Source: an uncultured delta proteobacterium
Lineage (GTDB): Bacteria > Desulfobacterota > Binatia > UBA9968
Direction: 5' to 3'
Assembly (NCBI GenBank): GCA_963745035.1
Contig: CAVUVW010000013.1
Span: 1,120,001 to 1,184,000, forward strand
Length of the DNA: 64,000 bases
Shown here: piece by piece, positions 51,647-62,322 of the stretch
Position numbering within the stretch: the first letter of the stretch is position 1
Layout of the letters: every line of letters begins with the position of its first letter
Notes under the pieces: model-generated
What the model was told of the DNA's origin: nothing
Seen by the model: the letters and a program-made list of their open reading frames with translations, nothing else
Databases searched by the model: none
Position numbers and translations under genes: made by a program

Positions 51647-52591
51647 CTAATTGCCCGTAAGGTGATCCAGATCACCGAAAATCCACTCGAGCTTGTCGAG
51701 CGCGGCTCGAGGCAACGGCGGCTTTAGGATGGCTGCGATATTTTCTTTCAGGTGCGCGGGATTTCCCGTGCCGAAGAGCACAACGTCGATGCCCGGTTCA
51801 TGGCGACAAAAGCGATAGGCCGCCTCGGGTATGGTCCCCGCGCCGGTTTCTTCGAGCAAAAACCCCAAGGGATCGGCGCCTTCGAACGCGTCTTTAGCCA
51901 CCAGCCCCTTGGCGGCCAACTCGGCGCAGATCTCTTTTAATCGCTCCGGCTGGCTGAGGGCTCGGCGCACGGCAAACATGTTGAGCACCCCGGTGCCGTT
52001 GTCTTGGGTGAGCGGGAAAACCGTCTTGCGCCCAGAGGGATTCAGCAGGTTGAAGCCGACCATCACCACATCCCACAAATCTTCCTTGAGCCCGTCCTGC
52101 AAAACCGTGTGGGTCGGGTCGACCACGAATCCTTCCGTGACGCCGATGAAGCGAATCTTTCCTTGCTCCTTCAAGCGGCGCATCGCCGGCAGCAGGCGAT
52201 GTTTGGCGAAGTCATAGTCCTTAGGCTCCACGCCGTGCAGATGATACACGTCGATGTAGTCCGTGCCGATCAATTTCAAGCTTTCCTCGAGCCCTTTGAC
52301 GACTTCAGTTTCCGGATGGGAATGGTCGGCGGTCGGCAAGGTCTTCTTGGTCGAAATCACCAGCCGGTCGCGCGCTATCCCCGCGATCGCCTTGCCGACG
52401 ACCTCTTCGGTGCCGTAGTTTTGCGCGGTGTCTATAAAGTTGACGCCGAGATCGATCGCCTGCCGGATCAGCGCCACGGCGTGGTTTGCCGACTGCGGAT
52501 CATTGCGCATGCCGAGCCGGCTCGGCCCGCCGCAGCCCAGCCCGGCGACGCTGACCCTCAATCCGGTTCGTCCGAGAGTGGTAAATTCCAT
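51647..52591 (-). CDS. Aldo/keto reductase
   Basis: LGRTGLRVS, FIDTAQNYG and DYIDVYHLH motifs. Confidence 0.95.
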   Translation of the reverse strand: MEFTTLGRTGLRVSVAGLGCGGPSRLGMRNDPQSANHAVALIRQAIDLGVNFIDTAQNYGTEEVVGKAIAGIARDRLVISTKKTLPTADHSHPETEVVKGLEESLKLIGTDYIDVYHLHGVEPKDYDFAKHRLLPAMRRLKEQGKIRFIGVTEGFVVDPTHTVLQDGLKEDLWDVVMVGFNLLNPSGRKTVFPLTQDNGTGVLNMFAVRRALSQPERLKEICAELAAKGLVAKDAFEGADPLGFLLEETGAGTIPEAAYRFCRHEPGIDVVLFGTGNPAHLKENIAAILKPPLPRAALDKLEWIFGDLDHLTGN

Positions 52592-52601
52592 AGGCTACCG
52601 A

Positions 52602-52702
52602 TTCCAGTCGTTCAAAACGTTCAAATAGTTCAAGCCGTTCAAAACGTTCCGGAGGTCCTTCTGACGACTTGAAGGTTTTGAACTATTGGAACGGCTTGAA
52701 CG
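52602..52702. repeat. Inverted 9-mer arrays (GTTCAAnnn)n...(TTGAAC)n
   Basis: GTTCAAAAC GTTCAAATA GTTCAAGCC GTTCAAAAC ... TTGAACTAT TGGAACGGC TTGAAC. Confidence 0.8.
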
Positions 52703-52708
52703 CAACTA

Positions 52709-53167
52709 TTATTCCCATTCCACCTTTATACCCAGCACTTCGCCGGTCGCGCACACTTCGCCGCCTGCGCTTAGCGTGCAATTCACCCACGCTTTCCGTC
52801 CTTCGATCCTGGCTATGCGCGCGCGGAAGTGCGATCGCGCTCGCCGATCGGCGTCGGCTTGCGATACGAGACATTCAGGTTCGCCGTCACGTAGCCGATG
52901 CGCGGCGCGCTGCCGATGGGCCGCTGCTCGGCGCGATAGGCTTGCGCGATCGCCAGATTGAGGCTGTGGCAGTCGATCAGCGAAGCGATAATTCCGCCGT
53001 TGAGATTTTCCCGCGTGCCGCCGCAATGATGGGGTTGCGCGCGCCAGGTCGCCACCGCCTCGTCGCCGTCCCAGAAGCTCTTGATCCGCAGACCCCGCTC
53101 GTTGTCCGCGCCGCAGCCGTGGCAATGACTGCACCGCGCCCTGATCTTGGAAGGCGAGCTCGCTCAT
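52709..53167 (-). CDS. PaaI family thioesterase; two compensating frameshifts
   Basis: CHGCG, NGGIIASLIDCHS, YVTANLNVSYRKPTP and EGRKAWV motifs across frames. Confidence 0.85.
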   Translation of the reverse strand: MSELAFQDQGAVQSLPRLRRGQRAGSADQELLGRRRGGGDLARATPSLRRHAGKSQRRNYRFADRLPQPQSGDRASLSRRAAAHRQRAAHRLRDGEPECLVSQADADRRARSHFRARIARIEGRKAWVNCTLSAGGEVCATGEVLGIKVEWE

Positions 53168-53176
53168 GCAGCCGCG

Positions 53177-53572
53177 CTATTTCGCCTTGTCGAAATTCAG
53201 CGAGGCGGAATTGATGCAATAGCGCAAGTTCGTCGGCTTGGGCCCGTCCTCGAAAACGTGGCCGAGATGGGCGCCGCATTTATTGCAGGTGACTTCGGTG
53301 CGCCGCATCATGAAGCTATGGTCGTCTTCGGTGGCGACGTTTTCTTCCGCCACCGGCGCCCAGAAGCTCGGCCAGCCGGTGCCGGAGTCGAACTTGGTAT
53401 CGGAGCTGAACAGCTCGTTGCCGCAGCAGGCGCAGCGGTACATGCCTTTGTCGTGATGGTCCCAATATTTGCCGGTAAAAGCGCGCTCGGTGCCCTTCTG
53501 CCGGCAGACCTGAAACTGCTCGTCGGTCAGCTCCTTGCGCCACTCCTCTTCGGATTTTTTTATTTTTTCCAT
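53177..53572 (-). CDS. msrB: Peptide-methionine (R)-S-oxide reductase
   Basis: [21 protein letters not shown] and RYCINS motifs. Confidence 0.97.
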   Translation of the reverse strand: MEKIKKSEEEWRKELTDEQFQVCRQKGTERAFTGKYWDHHDKGMYRCACCGNELFSSDTKFDSGTGWPSFWAPVAEENVATEDDHSFMMRRTEVTCNKCGAHLGHVFEDGPKPTNLRYCINSASLNFDKAK

Positions 53573-53603
53573 ATCGCGCTCCTTGCGGTTTGCGCGCCGC
53601 GGC

Positions 53604-54095
53604 TCAGCGCTGCATGTTGATGAACTGCAGCGGAATCGGCAGCGGGCTTGCGCGCAGCAGTTGAATGACTTCCTGCAGATCGTCGATTTTTTTGCCCGTG
53701 ACCCGGACTTGGTTCTCCTGAATCGCCGCCTGAACTTTGAGCTTGCGCTCCTTGATCATCTTGACGATGCTGCGCGCGGTGTCCGAATCGACCCCTTCCT
53801 TGATCGCCAGCTCGCGCTGGATCATGCCGTGCGCCGCCGGCTCGGCTGGCTTGGGCTCGAGAAATTTCCGGTCGACCTTGCGTTTGACCAAATTTTCGAT
53901 CAGCGAGTCCTGGACCGCGCGCAGCTTCATATCGTCTTCGGTGGTCACGTGGATTTTCTTTTCCTTCTTGTCCAACGTGATTTCGGTTTTCGAGTTGCGA
54001 AAATCGTAGCGCGAGAGGATGGTTTTCCTGGTGACGTTGACCGCGTTGTCGATTTCCTGGACGTCGACTCGGCTCACGATATCGAATGACGGCAT
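53604..54095 (-). CDS. yajQ: YajQ family cyclic-di-GMP-binding protein
   Basis: [12 protein letters not shown] and [12 protein letters not shown] motifs. Confidence 0.96.
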   Translation of the reverse strand: MPSFDIVSRVDVQEIDNAVNVTRKTILSRYDFRNSKTEITLDKKEKKIHVTTEDDMKLRAVQDSLIENLVKRKVDRKFLEPKPAEPAAHGMIQRELAIKEGVDSDTARSIVKMIKERKLKVQAAIQENQVRVTGKKIDDLQEVIQLLRASPLPIPLQFINMQR

Positions 54096-54112
54096 GGTGC
54101 GGCGCTCCGCGG

Positions 54113-54636
54113 TTAGACGCGTCCCCGGCGACTTCGGTTGCGGCTCTTCCGCTTGACCGCGCGCCGCGGCTGGGCCGGACCTTTGGCACGTTTGCCGGCT
54201 GCCGTTCCCACGCAGAACAAAATCGAGAATATCGCTGCGCGTGATGATGCCGACGAGATCTTTGTTTTTCATCACCGGCAGCGAGCCGATCCGATGACGC
54301 CGCAGCAGCGCCACAGCGGTCATCAACGGAGTGTCCGGCTGCACGATGAAAACGTCGTGAGTCATCACCGTCTCAACCGTGACTTTCTCCGCGAACTTAT
54401 CGATCTCCTTCGGTCCGATCGATCATCAGGCTGGTCGGATAGGCGTCGCGGATATCGCGGTCGGTCACGATGCCGACGAGATTGTCGTTATCGAGCACCG
54501 GGAGCTGGTTGACCCGGTGCTTGGCCATCAACTGCCGGGCGACGGCGATGCTATCGAAGGTCTCCACCGCCAGCACGCTTTTGGTCATCCAATCCGACAC
54601 GCGAATAGACTTTTCACTGCTGGTTTTCGCCGCCAT
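54113..54636 (-). CDS. CBS domain pair protein; frameshifted, 3' end uncertain
   Basis: VSDWMT...LPV...VGIVTDRDI and VMT...LPV...VGIITRSDI in two frames. Confidence 0.85.
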
Positions 54637-55557
54637 TACTTCTGCTCCACCCGGTATCCTTTGACTTTCAACATCTCGATCACGCTGTCCTTGCCGACCA
54701 CGTGAGCCGCCCCGATCACGACCATCGCACCGCTCTCCTGGCCGATCAGCTTCTCGATCTCGCCAACCCAGCGGCGGTTGCGCTCGACCAGAACCTTTTC
54801 GTAAAGGTCGGGATATTCCCGCATTCCGGCCAGGAGCAAGGAAGCCAAGCCGTCGGCGTCGCCCTTGAGCCAGGTTGCCACGATGTCGTTGATCTTTTTG
54901 TCCAGCCGCTCCAGCTCTTCGACGGTCTCGCGCAGCATCGACTCCTGCTCTTTGGCGGACAGCCGGTCGAAAACACTCAGTTGCGATTCCAGCGTCTCCA
55001 ATCCGGCGGTCGGCTTGCCGCTGCTTTTGGCGTGCGCCGCCAGATGGCGGTCAACACCCAGTCTCGGTTCCAGTCCCATGCGTTGGAGCTGGATCGCCAT
55101 CATCGTCAAAGCAGCGAACCAAGGCTTCATGGGATTCAAAATGCGCATGTCGAGCCCCAGCTCATTGGCCCGGCGCGCGGCGCAGCTCGTAGGTTTCCGC
55201 GCTGACGTTCTTAGCCAGCGTCGAGCCGTCGCGATAGACGGCTTTCTCCACGGTCACCTTTTGCGCGGATTCCGCCGAGGCGGTGTTGAGATCGATCTCC
55301 AAAATCAACTTTTTGCTTCCATCGAGCGCGTTGAGAATCGTCGCGTGGAGTGGGTAGTGCTCCTGGCGCAGGTAGTGGATGGAGCCCAGGAGATACATGC
55401 TGTTGCCATCGCGGCTCACCTGCCACAGAAGGCTCTTCTCCTGCGCCGGCGCGCTTTCCGCCGTCGCGAGCCACCCCGCGAGCGCCATGAAAACAAAATA
55501 CCGCCCGGCCGAGCGATACAGCCGTCCCGGAGCGATGATCGTGATCAGGGTGCGCAT
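54636..55557 (-). CDS. TraB/GumN family protein; frameshift near 55180
   Basis: YLLGSIH, GVD, GLET, ERNRRW and GAAHVVG motifs. Confidence 0.9.
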
Positions 55558-55742
55558 GTTCAGCGAATCCTCAATGAAAACGGCGGCGGCACGCGAAAAA
55601 ATTTTGAGTGAAATGTACCCTTTCCCGACCGTTTTGACCAGACTTGACGGCAGGAAATCATCTAACCGGCGCGAGCCGCGCGCAGTCAAGCAATCGACCG
55701 AGGCATGAAATCATCGGGAGACGAGCGGGAATGCGGACGAAA

Positions 55743-56066
55743 TCACCACTCGAGGCGGATGCAAATCTCTTCGCCCCGCTCTTCCGCCGGCAGGACGGTC
55801 AGCGGCGCCGCGCCCTTGGGCAAAGTACACTCGCCGGATTTGAGATCGTAGCAGTAACTGTGGTTGTTGCAGCGCAGGAGACCGCCGGCGAGAAGCTGTC
55901 CGGCGGTTTTGAGGTCCGCTTCTTCGTGCGGGCAGGTTCGCGAGAACGCGAAGTACTGTCCCTCGACGAGCGTCAGGAGCACCTGACGCCCGCCGAGATC
56001 GACTTCCTTCATAATGCCGGGGGTTAATTCGCCGACGCGGGCAACCGGAATGTAGCTGACTCCCAT
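55743..56066 (-). CDS. Rieske 2Fe-2S ferredoxin
   Basis: CPH...CNNH motif. Confidence 0.9.
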   Translation of the reverse strand: MGVSYIPVARVGELTPGIMKEVDLGGRQVLLTLVEGQYFAFSRTCPHEEADLKTAGQLLAGGLLRCNNHSYCYDLKSGECTLPKGAAPLTVLPAEERGEEICIRLEW

Positions 56067-56070
56067 CCGA

Positions 56071-57768
56071 TTACGCTGCGGCTTTCTGTTGGCGATAGAG
56101 CGGGCCGCGCAAAACTTGACCGGGCAGATCGCCGGTCATGCGGCCCTGGTCGTTGATCACCGTTCCGTTGACGATCGTGTAATGCATGCCGACGGCGCGC
56201 TGGACCATTCGTTTGGTGTTGGCCGGAAAATCATTCGCCCACTCCGGCTCCTCGGCGTTGACCGTCTGCGGGTCGAAGATCGCGATGTCTGCGGCGTAGC
56301 CGGAGCGCAGCAAGCCGCGGCCTTCCAGTCCGAAAATCGAAGCCGGGTGAAAAGTCAATTTATGGACGGCCTGCTCGAGCGACATCACCTGGCGCTCGCG
56401 CACCCACAACCCAAGCAAAATCGTGCCGTAGCCGAAGTCGGCGCCGAAGAGGACATGCGCGCCGGCATCCGACGTGCCGACCAGCACGTAGGGGCTGCGC
56501 AAAATTTCGCCCATGGCGTTCCAGTCGCCGCCGTTGTTGGCGTTCCAGAAGATCGTCTCCAGATTTTCTTCCAAGGCGAGATCGAGGAAAGCATCGAGCG
56601 GCGCTTGATTGCGCATCGTCGCGAGCTCGGCCAGCGTCTTGCCGGTGTATTTCTGGTTTTCCGGCTTGAACGTCTTTTCGACCTTCGGGATATCCCAGCG
56701 CTTGTGGTAATTGGTCGGCCGCGGATCGTTCAGGTCCGCGAGCAGCTTCTTGCGCGTGTCGGGATCGGCGAGTGCCTGCTTGCGTACTTCCACCGGCAGG
56801 AACATCAGGTTTTTCCAAACCGGGAACTCGTCGAAGATCTGGCAGTCCTTTAAAGTGAAATGGCGAACCAGCGGCACGGTGTGCGACAAGCCGTAGGCCT
56901 GATAGCCGGCTTTGAAGATCGGCTCGACGGCGCTCAGCTGCTCACGCCAGAGATTGGGCTCGGCCCAGCGATGCTGCAAGCTTTGCCAGAGAATCGGCCG
57001 CTGGGTGCGTTTGGCGAGCTCGTGATACCACTCGAAGTGCTCGACCTTGTTGCGCCCGAGGATGGTTTCGATCACGCCGGCGTTGCGCTCGGCCAAGACA
57101 TCGCACAACGCAAAAAATTCTTCATCGTCGGCGAGCCGGCTCGCCACCGGCTTGCCGTCCTCGCGCATGTGGCGGTCGTTCCGGTTGGTCGACATCCCCA
57201 GTGCGCCGCCTTCCATCGCTTCCAACACCAAGCCGCGCATCTTTTGCACTTCCGCGCCGGTGGCTTTGCGCTCGACGGCGTCTTCGCCCATGACGTTGTG
57301 GCGCACGGCGATATGTCCGACCAGGCCGCCGACGTTGATGCCGACCTTGCCTTCGAAGTTATCGAGATACTCGCCATAGCTCTGCCAGTTCCACTTGACG
57401 CCTTGCTCCAAGGCGACTCGCGGCATCGCTTCGACGCGCACAAAACTCTTGACGATCGCGTCTTCGATGCCGGTTCTGCGCGGCGCCAGGGACAGACCGC
57501 AGTTGCCCATCACGACCGAGGTGATGCCGTGCTGCGGCTCGCAAGTGCCGTAAGGGTCCCAGAGCATCTGCGCGTCCAGATGAGTGTGATGGTCGATGAA
57601 GCCCGGCGCCACCGCCAAGCCGGCGGCGTCGATGGTGCGCGCCGCGCTGTCTTTCAGCCGTCCCACTTCGGCGATTTTGCCGTCTTTCACTCCAACGTCG
57701 GCAACATAAGAAGGCAAACCCGAGCCGTCGACGACACGCCCGCCGCGAATGATCAGATCGTAAGCCAT
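56071..57768 (-). CDS. N-acyl-D-amino-acid deacylase family amidohydrolase
   Basis: PGFIDHHTHLD, MGNCG and SDAGAH motifs. Confidence 0.94.
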   Translation of the reverse strand: MAYDLIIRGGRVVDGSGLPSYVADVGVKDGKIAEVGRLKDSAARTIDAAGLAVAPGFIDHHTHLDAQMLWDPYGTCEPQHGITSVVMGNCGLSLAPRRTGIEDAIVKSFVRVEAMPRVALEQGVKWNWQSYGEYLDNFEGKVGINVGGLVGHIAVRHNVMGEDAVERKATGAEVQKMRGLVLEAMEGGALGMSTNRNDRHMREDGKPVASRLADDEEFFALCDVLAERNAGVIETILGRNKVEHFEWYHELAKRTQRPILWQSLQHRWAEPNLWREQLSAVEPIFKAGYQAYGLSHTVPLVRHFTLKDCQIFDEFPVWKNLMFLPVEVRKQALADPDTRKKLLADLNDPRPTNYHKRWDIPKVEKTFKPENQKYTGKTLAELATMRNQAPLDAFLDLALEENLETIFWNANNGGDWNAMGEILRSPYVLVGTSDAGAHVLFGADFGYGTILLGLWVRERQVMSLEQAVHKLTFHPASIFGLEGRGLLRSGYAADIAIFDPQTVNAEEPEWANDFPANTKRMVQRAVGMHYTIVNGTVINDQGRMTGDLPGQVLRGPLYRQQKAAA

Positions 57769-57901
57769 GTGCATTTCCTCCCGTGAAGTTAGCGCGCTCG
57801 TGTGGGACTTTCTTTATTATTCAACGCAACATACGCAATGACAAGAAGCCCGTCAATCGCAGCCGCGATCTGAAACCGCAGCGCCGGCAGCATCGTGCAG
57901 T

Positions 57902-58135
57902 TCAATGCAAGAAAATCCGCGCGTAAGTTTCCAGGCCCAGCCCAAGCAAAACGAGAGAAAGACCGCGCAGAAATGCCTTCAGCGCCGGATTCTCCGGTTC
58001 ACGGCCGATCATTTTAAGCTCCGCCGGTGGCTGGTAGTCGCGTATGAGGTTCATCGAACTTTTCATCCAGATCGCGCCGATGAGACCGATCACAAAGCCG
58101 GTTCCTTCGATGTCCACGCTTCGCTCCTCGCGCAA
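57902..58135 (-). CDS. Small two-TM hypothetical protein
   Basis: Two hydrophobic segments; directly follows the GFA gene. Confidence 0.55.
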   Translation of the reverse strand: MREERSVDIEGTGFVIGLIGAIWMKSSMNLIRDYQPPAELKMIGREPENPALKAFLRGLSLVLLGLGLETYARIFLH

Positions 58136-58138
58136 GTT

Positions 58139-58543
58139 CTATTCGCTGGAAAGATGGGCCAATTCGGTCCCGTGTTGCTCCCAGTTTTGGCCGTCGAATT
58201 GGACGATCCGCAAGGACTTCACCGTGCCCGGGTCGAGACAGCGCGCGTTAACGCTGTAACCGTTGGGGTTGGAGCGCGGCACGTAAAACGATTTGATGCC
58301 GCAAACTTTGCAGAACAGATGCTTGGCGACACCGGTGTTGAAGGTGTACTGCGCCAGCTCGTCTGCGCCTTGCAACAGCCGAAAGCGCGACTTGGGAACA
58401 ATGAGATGAAGAAATCCGGTCTTGCCGCACATCGAGCAGTTGCACTCGCGCGCTTCGATCTCGGCCGGCGCCTCGACTTCGAACCGCACCCGGCCGCAAT
58501 GACAGCCGCCGGCGTGCTTCACGCGAGGAGTTGGATCAGTCAT
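58139..58543 (-). CDS. GFA/CENP-V family protein
   Basis: GGCHCG, CNCSMC and FCKVCG motifs. Confidence 0.95.
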   Translation of the reverse strand: MTDPTPRVKHAGGCHCGRVRFEVEAPAEIEARECNCSMCGKTGFLHLIVPKSRFRLLQGADELAQYTFNTGVAKHLFCKVCGIKSFYVPRSNPNGYSVNARCLDPGTVKSLRIVQFDGQNWEQHGTELAHLSSE

Positions 58544-58603
58544 CGCGCGGCTACTCTGCTAGGGATAAGAATCGGATAAAACGAGCCAAAGTAATCTGTT
58601 TCG

Positions 58604-59623
58604 CTAAGCCGCGGCTTCCATTTCCTTACTGTAGGCGCCGCTTCGAGCGGCGCTGTTCATTTTGGCCCGATGATAGAAGATCTTCTGCGCCGCCGCGACG
58701 TTGCCCGCCTCGCCCTTCCAGGCTTTGAGCGCCGGATCTTGAAGCGCGCGCGCGTACGAGAACGTTACTTCCCACGGATGCGGACCGAGCTTGTTCATCG
58801 CATTTAAATGTTCGGTGGCGCTGACCGCGCTTTGGCCGCCGGATAAAAAAGCGATGCCGGGGACCGCCGCGGGAACGGCGCTCTTGAGACAGCGCATCGT
58901 CCTCTCGGCCACTTCGTCGACACCGGCTTGGCGCGGATTGTCCTTGCCGGAAACCACCATGCTCGGTTTGAGGACCATGCCTTCGAGATGGATGCGCTGC
59001 TCGGCCAACTCCGCGAAAGTGATGCGCAGCGTTTCTTCGGTAACATCCTGGCAGCGCTCGATGCTGTGGTTGCCGTCGAGCAAGACTTCCGGCTCCACGA
59101 TCGGAACGATGCCCGCCTCCTGGCACAGCGCCGCGTAGCGCGCCAGGGCGTGAGCGTTGGCCTTGAGGCAGGTGAAAGTAGGGATGGCGTCGCCGATCGT
59201 GATGACCGCGCGCCATTTGGCGAATTTGGCGCCGAGCTCTTTATATTCTTTCAGCCGCCCGCGCAATCCGTCCAAGCCTTCCGTGACGACCTCGCCGGGA
59301 AACCCGGGAATATCCACGGGCCCCTTGTCTACTTTGATGCCCGGCAGGATGCCTTTTTTCTCCAACAGCCTGGGAAAGGGCGTGCCGTCATTGGCGTCGG
59401 TGCGCAGGGTTTCATCGAAAAGAATCACGCCGCTGATCGCCTCCTCGACGCCGCGCGTGGTGAAAAGCATGTCGCGGTACGCCCGCCGATTGATCTCGTT
59501 CGATTCTATCTTGATGCTGTCGAACCGCCGCTTGATCGTGCCCATGCTTTCATCCGCGGCGAGAATCCCTTTGCCCTTCGCCACCATCGCCCGAGCGACG
59601 TTTTCCAATTCTTGCTTCGACAT
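58604..59623 (-). CDS. Class I fructose-bisphosphate aldolase
   Basis: GKGILAADES, KWRAV, PIVEPEV, LKPSMV and FSYARALQ motifs. Confidence 0.96.
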   Translation of the reverse strand: MSKQELENVARAMVAKGKGILAADESMGTIKRRFDSIKIESNEINRRAYRDMLFTTRGVEEAISGVILFDETLRTDANDGTPFPRLLEKKGILPGIKVDKGPVDIPGFPGEVVTEGLDGLRGRLKEYKELGAKFAKWRAVITIGDAIPTFTCLKANAHALARYAALCQEAGIVPIVEPEVLLDGNHSIERCQDVTEETLRITFAELAEQRIHLEGMVLKPSMVVSGKDNPRQAGVDEVAERTMRCLKSAVPAAVPGIAFLSGGQSAVSATEHLNAMNKLGPHPWEVTFSYARALQDPALKAWKGEAGNVAAAQKIFYHRAKMNSAARSGAYSKEMEAAA

Positions 59624-59740
59624 AGCGTTCACTCCTTCTCGCTTTTTTGAACGATGAAATTGCCTTCATCTTTGCATTCCGTCAAAACCCGCGCAAGCCT
59701 CTTCCCTGCCCATCGCCGCTTTGATAGCCTACTTAGAAGG

Positions 59741-60076
59741 ATGTTCGACCTGCTCATTCATTGGTTTCTCAGCTCCGCGAGCCTCCTGATCGTCGCGTTT
59801 CTGTTTCAAGGCATCGAAGTGAGCGGTCTCGGCGCGGCGCTGATCGCGCCAATTGTCATCGGCCTTATCAACGCGACGCTTGGCCTCGTGCTGAAAATTA
59901 TTACCCTGCCTCTTACCCTGCTCACGTTGGGAATTTTCTGGCTGATCATCAACGCGCTCATGCTGCAGCTTGCCGCCGCCGTGGTGCCGGGATTTTACGT
60001 TGCCGGTTTTCTTTCGGCGTTTTTCGGCGCCATCGTGTTGAGCATCATCAATATGCTGCTGCGCTCGCTGGTCTGA
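59741..60076 (+). CDS. YvlD/DUF360 (phage holin family) membrane protein
   Basis: ITLPLTLLTLGIF.LIINA motif. Confidence 0.9.
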   Translation: MFDLLIHWFLSSASLLIVAFLFQGIEVSGLGAALIAPIVIGLINATLGLVLKIITLPLTLLTLGIFWLIINALMLQLAAAVVPGFYVAGFLSAFFGAIVLSIINMLLRSLV

Positions 60077-60089
60077 AGCGTTCTTAAGT

Positions 60090-60974
60090 TCATTTCGCCG
60101 GCAGACCGGTCGCCTCGGACCAGTAGCTCGGATCGTAGAACCGCTCCGGCGGATCGAGCGGCGGCCGGTAAACGCCCATCTCTTTGCGCAGCTCGATCAC
60201 TGTCCGGAGCGCCTGCGGATTGATGCGCGCCTTGGGCACCACTTTCCGGTAGGCGTCCTCGGAGCCTGCGCGCGTGAGCTTTTCCTTCTCCATCACCAGC
60301 GCGATGGTCTCCTCGCGATTGTCCGGCGCCAGCAACCAATCCGTCGCCGCCGCCCAGGCGCGGATAAAGCGCACCACAAGCTCCCGGTGCTCGACCAGCC
60401 ACGGGCGCAGGGTCCAGCCGCAGTTGAGCGGCCAGCCCGGCACATACTTTTCCGCATTGGCCAGCAGCACGCCGCCGGCGGCCAACGCCTTGTCCGAAGC
60501 CGGCGGGGTCAGCATGGCGGCAGCCACGCGGCCCTGCAAAAACGCTTCGAGCCGCACCGGCGAGCTGCCGATGATTTCGATTGCGTACTCGTTGTCGTCC
60601 ATGCCGTGGGTGCGCAGGATCTTTTTGCGAATGAGATCGAGATTGGAATCGCCGGGGTCGCCGGCCAGCGTTTTGCCGCGCAGCTTCTCGATCGCATCGA
60701 CGCCGGGCTGGCCGATCAGATAGGCGCTCAGGCCCTCTTCGGACTGCATGAACAGCATATAGTCGACGCCGTCGGTGGTGGTGCGCGCAATCATCGTATC
60801 GGCGCTGCTCAAAGTAAAATCCCAACGCCCTTCGGCCATGCCGCGATTGTGATCCGGCGCGTACGTGGTGTGATGAAACCTCACTTCGAGATTCTCCTTG
60901 GCGAAAAACCCCTTGTGCTCCGCGATCACATGGGGTGTTCGCCGCTGATAACCGGTCACGCTCAGTACGTCCAT
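60090..60974 (-). CDS. NMT1-like SBP-fold protein without signal peptide
   Basis: AEHKGFFAKENLEV, LRGKTLA and AAMLTPP motifs; GGAGG RBS before MDVLSV. Confidence 0.85.
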   Translation of the reverse strand: MDVLSVTGYQRRTPHVIAEHKGFFAKENLEVRFHHTTYAPDHNRGMAEGRWDFTLSSADTMIARTTTDGVDYMLFMQSEEGLSAYLIGQPGVDAIEKLRGKTLAGDPGDSNLDLIRKKILRTHGMDDNEYAIEIIGSSPVRLEAFLQGRVAAAMLTPPASDKALAAGGVLLANAEKYVPGWPLNCGWTLRPWLVEHRELVVRFIRAWAAATDWLLAPDNREETIALVMEKEKLTRAGSEDAYRKVVPKARINPQALRTVIELRKEMGVYRPPLDPPERFYDPSYWSEATGLPAK

Positions 60975-61064
60975 ACAGCCTCCCGATTTGCTCCTTCTAT
61001 CGCCCCGCAGAGTCTCACTCAAGCCCAATCGGTTGGGTTTACAGCCAAATCCGGATAACCTAAC

Positions 61065-61102
61065 CCAATACTCCAACACTCCACTGCTCCATCACTCCAA
61101 TC
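61065..61102. repeat. Octamer array (CTCCAnYA)n
   Basis: CCAATACTCCAACACTCCACTGCTCCATCACTCCAATC. Confidence 0.7.
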
Positions 61103-61120
61103 CTGTAAAGGAGTTCCTGC

Positions 61121-61822
61121 ATGACACTCAAAGACAAGGTTGCCTTGATCACCGGCGGCGGCAGAGGCATCGGCAAGGCGGTCGCCGCCGCTTACGCCCG
61201 CGCGGGCGCGAAGTTGGCGTTGTGCGCCCGGACGGCGAGCGAGTTGGATCAAGCGGTTGCCGAGCTGAGCTCTTTCAAGGTCGACGTGGCAGGCTGGCCC
61301 TGCGACGTATCGCAGGAAGCCCCGGTGAAAGAATTTGTCGCCGCCGCGCACAAGAAATTCGGCCGCATCGATGTTCTGGTGAACAACGCCGGCGTCATGA
61401 CCCGGCCAGTGCCGATGATCGATCTCGACGTGAAGAAATGGGATTACACGATGGCGGTCAACCTGCGCGGCCCATTTCTCATCACCCAGGCCGTGTTGCC
61501 GATCATGATTGAGCAGAAAAGCGGCTCGATCATCAATGTGTCATCGATGATCGGCCGCGGCGCCTACGCCAACTTTCTCGCCTACGCGACTTCGAAGTGG
61601 GGCTTGGAGGGATTCACCCAGACGCTTGCCGCCGAGGCGCGGCCGTCGAACATCCGGGTCAATTCGGTCGAACCCGGCTACGTCGCCACTAAGCTCACCG
61701 GCTATAGCGGCAGCAAACCGGAGTCCGTGACCGATGTCTTCGTCTATCTCGCCTCGGACGAGTCCAAAGCCGTCACCGGCAAAATGCTCAGCTCGTCGGG
61801 CTGGAAATCGCAGGTGAAATGA
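61121..61822 (+). CDS. SDR family oxidoreductase
   Basis: TGGGRGIG, NNAG and YATSK motifs. Confidence 0.95.
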   Translation: MTLKDKVALITGGGRGIGKAVAAAYARAGAKLALCARTASELDQAVAELSSFKVDVAGWPCDVSQEAPVKEFVAAAHKKFGRIDVLVNNAGVMTRPVPMIDLDVKKWDYTMAVNLRGPFLITQAVLPIMIEQKSGSIINVSSMIGRGAYANFLAYATSKWGLEGFTQTLAAEARPSNIRVNSVEPGYVATKLTGYSGSKPESVTDVFVYLASDESKAVTGKMLSSSGWKSQVK

Positions 61823-61928
61823 TCGGATAGGCGAATATCGCCCCTACGGCTTGGTGCGAACAAAGCGCAGGGGCTTATCGATGCCTTTGGAATAATCGCG
61901 CGGCTGTGGCGTCCAGCTTGAAGACAAC

Positions 61929-62221
61929 TTATGGGATCGGCCGCGAAAGTTGCGCCGGGAGTAGAGCACCAAATGCCAGTCCGGCGGCACCCGGATGGAG
62001 CGAATTCGATGCGGCCTGCCCGCCTAGTTGGAATGACCTGAAAAGTCGCGCTCTATTGCGCGCGTCGGACCTTGCAGATTGGGCTGCGCGTAGATCATCG
62101 GAACCCCTCCCAACTTTGTGGGAGGCGGCATTTGGCCGCCCTCGAGACGAGCGCCGTTCCAGGTTTCCGTTCCAACCAGCAGGCAAATCAGCGCGAGCAG
62201 AACCGCAATGATCGGTTTCAT
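61929..62221 (-). CDS. Possible small exported protein; frameshifted or ending at 62024
   Basis: AGGAG-like upstream context; MKPIIAVLLALICLLVG signal-like N-terminus. Confidence 0.35.
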
Positions 62222-62322
62222 GGAGTTCTTCTCACGGATTGCCAAAGCCGGTACTCGGGCTTTCAGTCTACGAGCAGTCCATTGTCGCCGCATGTTCAGA
62301 AGTCCGGGCCGCCAGTAAATGG

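Noticed and set aside
53604-54368. CBS-YajQ fusion protein
   Set aside because: The CBS gene is already frameshifted, an out-of-frame TAA sits at 54113 and YajQ has its canonical MPSFD start; likely an indel artefact
58604-59623. Eukaryote-like aldolase as horizontal transfer
   Set aside because: This class I type is widespread in bacteria and its composition matches neighbouring genes
59741-60076. Holin indicating a prophage
   Set aside because: YvlD/DUF360 is a common chromosomal gene and no phage genes are nearby
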